This document shows positions 26,756-40,199 of a DNA stretch of 64,000 bases, in pieces. Under the pieces are notes generated by a model. It was not told the origin of the DNA, did no database searches, and was given only the letters and a program-made list of their open reading frames with translations. The position numbers and the translations under genes are program-made. Position 1 is the first letter of the stretch; every line of letters begins with the position of its first letter. Source of the DNA: Girardia tigrina (taxonomy: Eukaryota); NCBI GenBank assembly GCA_001938485.1, contig MQRK01188858.1:75177-139176 (forward strand), read 5' to 3'.

Positions 26756-27567
26756 TATACAATTTAATAAAAAATAATGGAATCCCAATTAGTGTAGAAT
26801 TTATTGTAATAGTTTTAACTTGTTAAATTTAATGAAATTCTTAAAATCAACAAGACTTTTCTCTGTAATTTATAAATATATTACGAAAATATAATTAACG
26901 AATGTGCACTGAAGAATCTATGACCGGGATTTTCAACTATTTTGTATATCACTTTACTACAATATTATAAATACACATTAATCACATTATTGTGTATTTA
27001 TTATAGTTTTATAACAATCAGTAGTATAGGTTTTTATTACCTTTGTATATTTCATGGGGGTCTTATTTTAAAGGTTTTCTTTTAAGAGACTCGGTATTTA
27101 TAATCATTATTAATAAATAAAGAATTTTATTTAGAGAGAAAGTTTGTTTAATTAATGTTTAAACATGGTGTAATCTGGTAAAATACATAAACTGATCATC
27201 AATACAAAATTATTAAGAATAATTCCTTAAGCGTCCGAGTTGTATAAATATTTATTATATTATAGAAACTTGCCAAACATAAAATTTATATTTTATGACG
27301 TATTTTATTGTTGTAATGAGAATGTAAAATAGAAATTAAATAATTATATTGTGTGATATGTATGAATTAAACTGGTTTTCAAAGTATAAATATAATTTTA
27401 ACTAATAATATTCAGTCTTAATCTTTGAAATATCTGATTATATTTAATTATTCAATTATTATATTTGTATTCATAAAAAAATGAAAAAATAAACAAATAT
27501 AAATAGGTTTTTTTGAAAAATTTAATGTTTAAAATACACTGTTTATATTTAAATCTTTTGCATCATT

Positions 27568-28554
27568 CGTGGTGCTCGCAATTAGTAGTCAGTCTAATAC
27601 AGTAATCAATGGACAATTCCAAAACAATTTTTTTATTTATAACAACCAAACTATATAGGTTATTATTTTTCAGAAAAATCCTTAAACGACCATACACACC
27701 TTTGCCAACGCTTAACTAACTCAATGAAAACATTTTCAAAGAAAATTGGCGATTTTTCGCCAGGAAATTCACTGACTGCATGCTGCAAATCTTCATGGGA
27801 GGAGAAATGACGCTTCTTAGGGCTTACTTGAGATGGTTGAATAAGAAAAAATCAGAGGGGGACAGGTCAAGGCTATCAATATATGTGTACTATAAGACCA
27901 CAACTCTTTATTACTGACATTGATTGGCCACTGGTGTGAATTGGAGCATTGTCATTCAGGTAGTACAAATCATACACTCTGCTTTTTCTTCTAAGTTTCC
28001 GAGTCTGTTGTACAAGATTGGTGTAGTACGCACTATTTATATAAACACCAGATTCCGCAAAATCTAAGAGAATTACACCACTTGCATCCAAAAAATTGAA
28101 AGCACCAAGGCTGTTTTGTGTGATGTTGATGCTTGCATCTTCCTTGGACTGGTCTTCTTTCATTTTGAATAATTTTCTCCAATTTTTCCTTTATTTTTTC
28201 ATTGATTTAACTAGGCCTTCCACACTTTTCCAGGTTCACCACTCTAATTCTTCTAGCTTTAAATTCATTGTAGCCGTAGAAGAACTTTCATCACCATAAA
28301 CGCCATTCATTTCCATCTGGATTTTATCACGACATTTACTTTTCAAAAACAAGAAGCGAATAACGCTACGGTATCGAATACTTTCTACGTTGTCATTTTA
28401 AAAATAACGCAATAAATCTAATAAGAAACAATGTCAGACTAAGACAAAATTGACAAAAGTTACCTATATATATTTTGTACTTTACTTCTTTAAAATATTA
28501 TTTATTTTAATTCAGATTTTTATATTAGGTTCACTTCTTGTTGAGCGCACCATG
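27568..28554 (-). mobile_element. Degenerate mariner element
   Basis: ORF fragment GVILLDFAESGVYINSAYY...DNAPIH followed by SLDLSPSDFFLF. TIR catggtgcgctcaacaagaagt with TA. Confidence 0.8.
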
Positions 28555-30082
28555 TATATAAAATACGAATTATTAGTTTATATATTTATTATTTTGTATT
28601 TACACCATTGAATTATCTTTTATTATAAAATGTTTAAAAGTTGAAAAATAAATTGTTATACTTTTTACCTCGTACAATTTAATAATTATTCTCAAAAATT
28701 GAACCATAATATTTTTAATCCTATTTTGAACATCAGTTTTAAAATTTACTATTATACTTATAAAATGTTTTGTTAAAAAATTAAAATCGAGAAATGTATT
28801 TTTTCTATAGAATTTATACACTTTGTATAATGCATTATAAATTTATGAAGAATTATAAATATATAATTCAAAACTAATTATACTATTATTTTTAAAAATT
28901 AAAAAGAATTTATTAAATTTCTTAATTTTTAAGAATTTTTTAATTGTGTTTCAGTCAGACTAAACGATAATTCATAGAACTATTTATACAAAAATTGCTA
29001 AATCTGATTTTGAATATTATATTTGAATTCCTCATTTTAATTTTTAAATAATTTATGTTTTTCATACTTTTCGTTTCGGAGATTGTCATTTTTGATCTGA
29101 TATTTGACGTACCATGGTTATATAGATCAAATTTTTTAATTTACTGTAAATCAGGCATCAAACACCGTAACGGAGTCTGACTCTTTCTCAACCTTTTTTT
29201 AATGAATTTATAGAAATAAATTTTAATTTACAATAACTTATCGTAAAATATTGAAATCTATCAATTTGATTAATTGATGATAATAATTGCACTTGCAATC
29301 AGAAATTTATTTAATGATTTATAATTGATTTATTTATATTCTTTATTGTTGCATTATCACAATTAATATATTATTCTTCACTGCCAGCGAAATTTCTCAT
29401 CATAAGAGATGCTTGCAGAATGATTTATGATTATATGAAAAGCTAACTAATCATTATTATATTTTATGATAATGATGGAAGACGAATTCGTGTTTTTATG
29501 GCTGGCTTCATTAATTTACTTGTGTTTTTGTTTGATTCGTTTAGTAAAACTCCAGTCACTGTTTCATTGATCTTTCAGAGAAGGAAATCGAAACCATTCA
29601 AAATATCCCTGTTAGCGTGTTGCTCTACGACTAGAAAAGTAGGAATAAGTTTTTTAAAACCAATAATAATTTACAAATTTTCTTTTTTTTCAATTTGCTT
29701 TTTCTATTTTGCAACAGTTTATTCTTTTTAGATATTCTTTTTCTATCTTTATTATTATTACTTTACTGTAAATGCATAAGTCTATTTTCAAAACATCGTC
29801 ATCTGTGTTTGTTAATAAAACTTGAATTCCATAATTTTTGATGTTAAATTGTCTTTTAACTTAGGTGGATATGAATCTGCGGAACACAAGTCAGAAGAAA
29901 AGTGCAAACCAATATCAGTGAGGATTTTGTTAATTGTTTGAATATTAATGTCGTGCAAATGCTTTGCTCTAATAGAAGACAAGTCTGTTGTTTATGATAC
30001 TTACTAAGCTAAGTCATGACTAGATTTGGATGGTAACCAGACAGTTGCGAATATGAACAATTGTGTAGAGATTATTAAATTA

Positions 30083-30827
30083 TTATTGTTGGTGTGAGAG
30101 CGGGCGCAGCGCGGTCGCGGGGTCCCGGGGTTGGGTGCTCGGTGTTTCCGGGACGAGGGGGGACGGAACACAACAAATTTCACCGTTTAAGTAATCATAT
30201 ACCACTTCTGCCAATAAGGTTTCTTGGAATTCTTTGCGTTCACCAAACCTGAGTTGAATAGAAAATTTCTTTTCCAACGGAAATTCAATCAATGGATTGG
30301 GAATATCAATCAAAACATATATCAAGCTCAAATAAAACTCATCGCTAACCATCTCATTTCCGATAAATGTTTGAGAAGGAAAATTCTGGAAAGAATCAAC
30401 AAAATATTGGCGATTCATCAAATCGTCATTCCAAAATTCGCTTTTAAATTCTTTGAATAAGGCTTTGAGACTGTGCATTTCCCGATCGTCACACCCAACA
30501 TCATTGAAAAAAACATTTAAATAAATGTCTTCCGACATCTTTTGAAGAGATTTCAAAATTAATTTTAACAGTCAGATCGTGACCACATGGTTCTTTGTGT
30601 TTCAATAAGTTGAAATAGGAATGTAACTTTGGCAGGAAACAAGTGAGCAGACGAGATTGTTTTGATTTCTTTGAACATTTTTCTTTGTTTCGACAGATAA
30701 TTGAAGTTTTGATTAATTTATATGGATGACTATTTTCGTCATTATTAGACGTTACATAATTTAAATCGCTTCTAGAACTTTTAGTTTGATTCGACTTGTT
30801 TACATTGAACTGTTTGGAGAGGATCAT
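30083..30827 (-). CDS. Orphan ORF pair nested antisense in a Par-3 intron (gene or pseudogene, unknown function)
   Basis: ATG-initiated 108-aa ORF overlapping a 157-aa ORF. They can be joined in frame by a 31-nt GT-AG intron (30539-30569) or by a single frameshift. No family recognised. Confidence 0.4.
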
Positions 30828-32539
30828 TTGCTTGTCCCCCCGGGTAAATCAAACAATTACTACTAATGATTATTAAATTATGGATGGTTTTGAATGAAAT
30901 GATGACACCTATATACAATTCCAATATTTCACAAATTCTGTTTTATAAACAGTTAATTATATTTTTAAAATAACAAGCTAAAAATCCAAAGAAATAAAAA
31001 GATTCATAAATCATTTATAGAAAATTATTGATAAAATTAATTTTATTAAAAATTTTGATAAAATTATTTTTCAAATTATTCGCCGATCTCCTCAGATACT
31101 TGAGTTTGTCCCCCTCAATATTGCATTCATTGACTTCAATCTGTAATGGATTAAGGTTAGAGTTAAAGTTAGGGTTAGGGTTATAAATTATAGCTACGGT
31201 TTATTTAATGATATAAAATAATTCATTTTTTAAGTTATAAATTTGTATGTACGCAATTGTCCCTTACGCCATTGTTCATGTACGCAATAGTCATGGAACC
31301 CATTGGGATTTGTTAGTGTTATAAGAAGATTTTATCTAATTTCAATTTGTATTGCATGCAAAACTGGATTTTATTATTATTATTATATAATTGATATATT
31401 TCAAAGATCATTCGGTTTTGACCGTTAGACAATACAGATTTTACAGCATGATGTTTGCTTTGCATCTTGTATTATAACTAATATTGACTGATGTATTGTT
31501 TCTTGATTTTCTAATTTTACCTAGTGGTTATCTTATAAGATACGTAGTTCCCATGGATTTTTGGGTGTAATACAAATTTATGTCTTGATAATTTATTTCG
31601 TTTAGTTGATACAATGGTCGTCTAGAATTGAACTTGTTCATCATTGAACACCTTTTTCTCCTTGGAAAAGTAAAATGAAATTCTCCTGAGATGAGGTCCA
31701 ATAAATTCATTTGCTATTTTGTGATATGATCGTTTTTTTGCATTGATTGAGAAGAACCAGTTCAATTATTTCTTCTGTCGGAAAAAATATTTTTAATGAG
31801 ATTTTCTATCTGTTTCTATCAACGTTTACAAATAATAAAAATCATAGTGATTACGTTATTTAATATCCCGATTGAATAAAATGTTTATTTAAATCATTAA
31901 AGCTTGGATTAAAAAATTACGATCAAAAACAATCGACAGAGGGTCACTGTTTCATTCACGTTTGGTTGATCAGTTCTCTTGAACGATTATTTTGTATGAA
32001 ATAAAACATCAATTTCTTTCTTGCTTTTTCTTAATAATGCCTTTTGTCGGTGTTAAGATCTTTTTTTACTTCAAAAATTAAACTATGTCTTATTTGAAAC
32101 TTTGAAATTGAAGTTTGCGTATCATGACGGCTTTAACAAAACGTTAAAGAATTTATTTGTGTTCAAATATTTACACATATTTTAACGTTAACCCACTTTT
32201 ATTCAAATACAATTATACCGTCATCTTTTAGAATATCTTCATTATTTTAAAAATATTTTCATCCAGATTTAAATATTCACTTATTTTACGTTTCTGAATA
32301 TATATTTATTTTTTGGTTAGTGCTTATATTTCTGGACTTTGTTAAAATCAAGCTAGAATCAGTGTTTCCGATAAACACTGTAGTTAAATTTATTGAATAA
32401 ATAATTTAAATAATTTTTAAAAAATTATATTGGTAATAATATAATGTGCCAGCTAAATTCGGAATTAATAATATAAATAGTAAAAGGTTTTTAAACAGCA
32501 GCATATGCAGGTAGGTACATGTACAATTAAGATTATTTA

Positions 32540-33110
32540 TTTTAAAAATCTGCCATTCGCAGAATGGATTTTCTCTTTGAGGACTTGAGAAGTTTAGTCA
32601 TTGTCCACGATTACCTTCCTGAAGAGGTGACCCATGACATTCATGATGACCTCTTTAGGAAGTCTGTGTTAATTTGACCTTGGAGTTAATTTTCCATGTA
32701 AACTCATCCCAGAAATAGTAGTCAAAGAGATTGCAGTAATGCCTCAGTTTACTTGTCAGTGCCGAGTACTAGTAAAGTATACATAATCTGTCATCAGTAT
32801 CATTAAACAGCGGACTCATCAACTTCCTAGGGTTTTCTTCAACGGGGGCCTTGTTTCTTGCGATAAACTCGTCGTCTCTTAAGATATTGGATGATGTGCT
32901 TCTTGTCCTCGGTAATGTAACTGTTCATATCCTAGTCCATCTGAAAGTAATATGTTTGAGGTTCTTAAAGAAGTCAATGATGATTTTTGCGTCATGCTCA
33001 GTACACAGGGCGCTACTATAGCGGCACAAGGGTTATATTCTCGAGATATTGTTAAGTTAGTCGCCGAAATCTGTGTATCATTTTCAAGATCTACAAATAC
33101 ATATTTCAGA
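32540..33110 (-). mobile_element. Tc1/mariner-superfamily (maT/DD37D-like) deleted relic
   Basis: Minus frames CNLFDYYFWDEF (PDLNPLDY.W-like), KEVIMNVM..., and terminal ANGRFLK* (ANGG.IE-like). Confidence 0.5.
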
Positions 33111-33546
33111 GATAAAATAATCTTTGATTTCCTACTGATTAATTAGTTTAATGTAATTACTGTGATATGACTATTTCAATATCTAAATACATAGAAAACA
33201 TAACTTTTTTAATAAGCGATGTAACTTTAATAACATTTCTTTTTTATTTTAAATTTTAACATTCTGTAAACTCTAAATTTAATCTGAATTATTAACTTTC
33301 CCTGACGCTAATTGAACAAAAGAATTCTGTTTGTTTATTGCTACGTTATTAATTCTTTTCGATTATTCTGCACTAATTTTGTACTGCCACACCTTGACAA
33401 AAGTGACTCTTAGTTTTGAATATTTCAATTATTGTTTTTTTAAAGAATTTTTGTGTTAAATACTATTGTTCCAAGTTAGATTACTTATTCAAAGTATTAT
33501 ATTTTTTATGAAATGAATATTTTGTGCGTTACCATAACCTTTAAAC

Positions 33547-33927
33547 CAGTGTCGGGGAACCAGTCCACCGCGAACATTTTTGTAAAATATTTAAAATCGT
33601 TAAACTTATTGAACTTGTTACTGAAGTATTGCTGTAGAAATATTATTCGTATTTTTGCATCGTTGTAAAACACAGTAAAATCTGTTGGTTAAAAAACAGT
33701 GGAAAATAATTTGTTGTGGCGCAAGAATCCTGTGGTTATAATTTATTCTTAGCGAGAATCTCATTCTCTTTTTACTCAAAGTAATTTTAATTAAACATTA
33801 TTAAGAAATGCTCTTATATTATGTACTCTAAATACTCTCAAAATTAATGGAGAGTCCCATACGTACGCTGCGAAAAATAAGTTTTAAGCTTAGTGCGCCG
33901 CAACTCGAAAAAGGTTTCCCGACTCTG
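33547..33927. mobile_element. hAT MITE
   Basis: 8-bp TSD ctttaaac/ctttaagc; TIR cagtgtcggggaacc / ggtttcccgactctg. Confidence 0.8.
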
Positions 33928-33999
33928 CTTTAAGCATTCAAAAAGATTATCATAATTCAATATAATCTAAAAGGCTATTTAAAAATGTTTATCTTTTAG

Positions 34000-34309
34000 C
34001 TATGAAACCGATCCTTATGATACGATAGACGCAACATTGTCATCTCCTTCTGGTCAATCAAAATACAAAAGTAGTCGCGTACAAAGTCGGTCAGCAAACA
34101 ATACATATGACATATCTGGAGCTACTTCAAAAAATGGTGGTACGCCCCGTGCAAACAGCATAACTCCGTTCCAAAGCAATCACCCTAGAAAGACAACAAC
34201 GATTGGTAATGATGTTTATGCAACGGTAAATAAATCTGCTAAAAAAGAATCAAACAACAAAAAGTCAACAAACATATCTCAATCTCAAAAGAATGTATAT
34301 CAATTTTAA
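34000..34309 (+). CDS. PARD3: Probable Par-3 terminal exon
   Basis: Acceptor cttttag|c. Frame YETDPYDTIDATLSSPSG...NDVYATVNKS...KNVYQF*. VYATVNK resembles the vertebrate Par-3 C-terminal LYAQVKK tyrosine motif. Confidence 0.65.
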
Positions 34310-34402
34310 TGTTAAAACTGGTGTGATTTACTTATTTATCATATCTGAATGTGTCACAAACATGATTTAATCGCAAATTTTTGATCTTTTCTGGATGCAT
34401 AT

Positions 34403-34494
34403 TGTTATGATCATTAATCAAAGGACAATTTATTTACTTATACATAAATATAAATATAAAAATGACCATTGTCCTTTAATTAATGGTCATAACA
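34403..34494. repeat. 92-bp hairpin / mini TG..CA element in the presumed Par-3 3' UTR
   Basis: Arms tgttatgatcattaatcaaaggacaat / attgtcctttaattaatggtcataaca; flanks catat/caaat. Confidence 0.7.
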
Positions 34495-35108
34495 CAAATA
34501 TTTGTAAGTATTGTGATTATTTTTCTAAATAATTTGTAAATCCTGGCATTTCCATTAAAAATATAATACGAAATTCAGTTATGTTTATTTTTTGAAAATT
34601 ATTTATGGTCTGAAATATTTTACTGAAACAAAAAACTTTAACCTTTTAAAAATGAATGTATTTGGAAAGTAGTATTTGATGTGTCTCTTACAAATAATTG
34701 CAAAATTGGTGAATTTATACAAGTTAAATCAGTTTGATTTAAGCTAATGAAACTGTAGATAATAGTAATTTCATGACAATTTTTGGAAAAAAATGCAAAA
34801 GTGATGGATTGATTATGCCGAAATAAATAGCTGTCTTAAAATTGTTATATAAATGTACTTTTCTGTTAATAAAATAAAATTCCTAATCTTTACATTATAC
34901 CATGTTCACCTATGTACTGTAATCATCTGCAATACAAATTACAAACTTAGAGCACAATGTTAGACAGAAATATGTGTTGAACCCAAAAAGAAAGAAAAGT
35001 AATGGACGTCAATATATTTCGTATTTATAATACACAAGTCCGATAAGAAACATTAACACATTGGGTACAGTCAACGAGAAATTGTTACATTGTCAGCTCA
35101 TTCGGGCC

Positions 35109-36840
35109 TCAATTTTTGTCCAAACTCTCATATTGAAATTTTCTCTCAGACTTCTCCCATTCTACGGTACACGTATTCATCACATTCATAAGTTCCTTCA
35201 TTTTATTCTCGTAATCCTTTATTGACATGTCACTGTTTTTCGGAAGCCAATCAGTTGTTTCCCGGACGGTTTTAATAATTTTTGAATCGAAATAATTTAT
35301 GTAATATTGCAAAAAAATTTTTAGATTCGTATTTTCTTTTTCTGACGATTTCCTCTTCTTTTAAATTTGAGGCCTTCTTGGCCTATATTTCGATATTTTT
35401 TTTCAAAAACTGACCTTCCGGGATAGTATCTTCTTTAAATTGTCTACTGAAACTTTTGAAATTCCATTTATATCAATGACGAATGACACGTCAAGTTTAT
35501 CAACTCTTGAGTCATAATTTTCGTCGGTCAAATCGAAATTGAACAAGAGCTTCTCAATATTTCGGTTTTTCTCAGTCTCGTAAACCTGAATTGAAACTTC
35601 GCTCGGTCATTCCATGACTATCGTTGTTGGAATTATTGTATTCCACTCGATTTATTAACGCTTAGTGTAAAAGGAGCAACGTCAACAAGTTCTAAATTTT
35701 GCACCTTTCCCAACAATTTCCCCGTCAGTAACGTCGCACCATATGTGTCCGCCTCTGAATGGAGCAACTGAGGTTCATAACCGAATAGCATACCGAGCTA
35801 ATGTTTAATTTTCGACATTTCACTGGATCCGCCAATCAATAAAACATTATCAAGCATACTCGGGTTTAAATTAGAATCGTTCATATCATTTGTCACTAGA
35901 TCTAGTGAATAATTGAACAGATCGCAATTTATGTCTTCAAAGTCCATCCGAGTAAACATCTGATTGAATTGGATTCCATTATCAAATATGACATTGATTT
36001 TGGTAGTATTAATCGAACTGAGCGTCCGTTTTACTCGCTCGGCAGCCCTCCACAAATTCAACATATTCCACTTATTATTTCTGATGTTCATATCATGTTT
36101 CTCATTTATCTGTTTGATGAAATAATACACAATATTATTGACAAAAGCGTCCCCTCCAAATTGTGTGGATCCGGCTATGGCTTTCACATTAAAGACGTTG
36201 TCTTGAACTGACACAAGCGAAACGTTGCAAGTGCCTCCTCTCATATCAAATAAGAGTACATTTCTCTCTTCTTCGATGTGTTTGTCGTAGCCATATGTGA
36301 TTGTCGCCACCGTGCTGCAATTGATGAGCTGCAGTACATGTAACCCGCATATCACAGCAGAATCTTTGATCGCCTGTCTTTGGCGATTATTGAAAGACGT
36401 GGGTACAGTAATCATCACGTCTTTCACGGAGTATTTTCACAAGTATTGATCATGTGTGGACCGGGCTCATTGAAAGTATTGAATGGTTAAATTCTCTACC
36501 AAATAAAATCTTCACATCTAAGAGAAAGATGAAAAATAAATCAGTATGAAATAATAAATTACTGCAGATGATTTGTAATGGTTTATGGCCGCTAGAAACT
36601 CGGCATCTTCTCCAATTCATCTATAGGTGTTTGTGAATTTAACAATACTTGGGGTTCTTTGTTTATGCGTGTTTCTGTATATTATTTCCACTTTCCCATT
36701 TCTAAAAACACCTACAGATGTGTTCATAGTTCCCAAGTCGATTCCAATAGCGTTTGCCTAAGAAATTAAAATGGTTATTAATAATCTTCAAATTTTGTTA
36801 ACATACTTTATTTTTCTTGGAGCTATAATTTTACAATGAG
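35109..36840 (-). pseudogene. HSP70: Divergent intron-containing HSP70 pseudogene
   Basis: [73 protein letters not shown] motifs. In-frame stops, frameshifts and deletions. Short GT-AG introns at 36758-36806 and 36518-36562. Confidence 0.9.
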
Positions 36841-37467
36841 TCTTTTCTAGAATTTTCTTCCGATAAATTTAATAAATTAAATTTAACTTATGTAATTTTT
36901 ACTTATATTAATAATATTATATTTTTAATAATATTAACCGCTTAGTGATCGGATTATTTTTAAAAAATTGCAATAGCTTTAAAAATAAATTCAATTAAAT
37001 AATATTTAATATTGTCTTGAAAACAAATAAATCCAAGTTCAAAAAAGGCAAGCGAACGTTGTACCTTTATGGATTATGTACATGTAAACAAAAAAACTCA
37101 CAAGCATAGTTTAGGTTAGCGCTATGCGATAGGTAAAAAGCACGCGAGGGTCACTCTTTCAAAACAATGAAGTGGTTAACAACCAGCTTTAATTAAATTT
37201 TTAATTCCATAATTTACTACATAACTATTATAAAATATTTTAAAGTATTAAAATTAAAATTATTTAATAGAAATATTAATTAATATCTTGAAATTAAAAA
37301 ATATCAATCTGTTTTTAAAATTCTGTTTCAATTATTGAGTAGTTATTTTTTTAATTTAAACGGTCTTTAAGTTATTTCTAATAATGCATTTTATGTCCAT
37401 TTGTTTGATTTATTTAAATTATTCAGACACGAGTTTTGATTATTCAATCAACTGTAACTTGAATTTT

Positions 37468-37515
<48 letters not shown>

Positions 37516-37565
37516 TATTAAAATCGATGTATGATCGTTCTCCTTCGGACGTTAATCGCTGTTCA

Positions 37566-38177
37566 GCTCAAGAAGTACTACGAGATAGACATCTCACCTA
37601 AAAAGTAGTATCAATAGATTAGGTACAAGAATTCCTGGGAAATCAACCCGCAATTTTTTTCGAAAATACATTTTTGGAGCTCATAAGACCCTGTTGTTAT
37701 TTCAAAGCGAGACCACATCTAAGATAGTGCTGGCGACGTGTCCTTTGTTGACGGGGATACTTCATTGATATGAAGTCAATTTCGATTTAATCTCTTAAAT
37801 CTTACCCCATGATTCCAAACAAATCTCGGCATACCGCGAGATCATTATGCTGATTAAGAAAGATGGACGGAAACCACAATGGCTCAAAACTGACTTCGAT
37901 CCATGGAAGGCCAAAGACGATTCGGACAACACGAGGACACTGATCTAGCATGCGGATCACCTGCATATTACTGTAAACAATTAAGCTCCCCCTATCCACC
38001 AAGGATACTTCACCAACATTATTAGATGTGGTCTCGCTTTGGAATAACAACGGCGTCTTACGAGCTCCAAAAAGGAATTTCCTTAGAAAATGGCGGGCTG
38101 ATTCTTCAGGAATTCTTGTACCACCTCTATTAATTTTACTTTTTAGGTGAAATTTCTATCTCGTAGTGTTTCTTGAG
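37566..38177. repeat. Foldback element with about 200-bp imperfect inverted arms
   Basis: 37566-37762 is the reverse complement of 37983-38177 (for example aaagcgagaccacatctaa / ttagatgtggtctcgcttt). Confidence 0.8.
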
Positions 38178-40199
38178 ATGCATGAATAAATAAAAATCAC
38201 TCGGCCCAAGGTCCGATTATTTTGGTAGGGTGTAGAAGGCTGTGAAAAACCACCTTTTCGATTTCGCATGTAGAGAATGCAATTTTATGTATTGTATTAT
38301 GTGCTCGGATTATTTTTAAAAAACTGCAATAGCTTTAAAAATAAAGTCAATTAAATAATATTTAATCTTGCAGAAAATAGAGATTATATTTGTAAGTCTG
38401 GACTTCCTGGTCGAGTCTGTTTTCACACATTTCACACATTTCATTCGTTAAGAAGTGTGTAAGGAACCGTGAAGAAAGTTGTCTCAGATCCATAAACTTT
38501 GTTACTGAATCCAAATCCCTTTACTCAAAATCAAACTGCCAGAGAATCTTTTTTATAATGCGTCTGTCAATTTGATTAATATTCTGTAATTTATTTTTAA
38601 TGTTTTGGCCAATTTGCTAAGGTCTTCTGGTACTATTCTCATCAAAAATAGTCTGTTTTTCATGCTTAAATTGTGCAATCTAGTTAAAATTATTAGTTTG
38701 AGATGAGCTTTCATCATGGTATACGTTTCTGAACTCTACATTAATTTCCTTTGCCGCAAACTTCAAAACAAGAAAATTTAATATTCTACGAAACTCCTCG
38801 GGAGAATATATGATTATGGCGAAACATTGAATGTCCGCAAAACTTAGACCACATGAAGATACTACAGTAAAAATAATTATACTTCATTTACTTATAATAC
38901 TCAAGGAAGACATAACAAAATCAATTAAATGGATATATTATAGACCTTCATTAAGGATATTTAATGGACAAACTATGTAATTGAGTAAATTAATAACAAT
39001 TATTTAAAATTAATCGAAAATCATATAAAATATAGTAATTTATTCTAATTCTTGAAATAATTTTTACAATGATATTGTAAAATTGTAGTAAAATATTTCT
39101 GTAAATCCTATATATTAAAAAACATGTATATTTATCTGTTCGCTATACGATCGGAGACCCAATGTAACCAAACTTTCAACAAACCTTCACCAACCAACCC
39201 AAATGTCAGTGTCAACTTCTCCAAAAAAAGAATCAACCTTGCCTATGATACTGGTAAATGATTGTAGTATTTCAAAATATGAAGGGATAACGCTAATGAG
39301 GGTAGCCAAAGGTCATCTGAGTCCTCATCTACTATCATAAGCACGTTCGGTATACTTTTAGATCATTTTAAATTTATCTATAGTTATTTTCTTTTAAAGT
39401 TATTTTATAGTTATCTACGAACTATAAGATTGTCTGAATGTACGGTGAGTACTTTCACCCCTAATTTGTAATTTTACTAACTATTTTTTTAAAGAATAGT
39501 AATTGATATTCTTTTAAATACAATTTACGAAATTCTAAATCAAATTATTTTATATTAATTGCTATTTTAGTAACATCTTATATGAATTAATAAGTAAATT
39601 TAAGAATAAATTCTTTGGTATCTTCACTTTACAACTTTAATTTTGATATTAAGTTTCAGAATTTTAATTATTTTCTGGTGGTTTGATGGGATTAGAAAAG
39701 AATGTTTATCGTGACAAAAACAATAGATTCAAACTGATCAAGTTTCAGTAGTCTTTTTCGACTTGATCATAAACATAATCCTTTTGATATATACTTTTAC
39801 ATGTTAAACACTGTTATTCTGAGATTTATAAATAAAAAATATTCGTTTTCAAACTTTGTTGATAGTAATTTTCAAAATTTCTAAATTTTTGTCTATTGTT
39901 AATGTGAAAACCCATTTATTATTTTGTATTTATAATGAAATATTAACAAATGATAATATTTTCTGACTTAAATATACAATTTGAACATAATGTTATTTTT
40001 TATTTTGAATAAATGTCATTCTTACAACATCATTTTTTACAACATTTATTAAAATCATTTATCCATTTTCTTTTCTTAAAAAACAATTACCATTGCTTCC
40101 AGAAAAACTATTTAGGCTGAATTAGAAAAAAAGACTCATTTAAGAAATTAATATTTAAATTCAAAACATATAGTGTTTGTATATTAAAATATTCTACAT

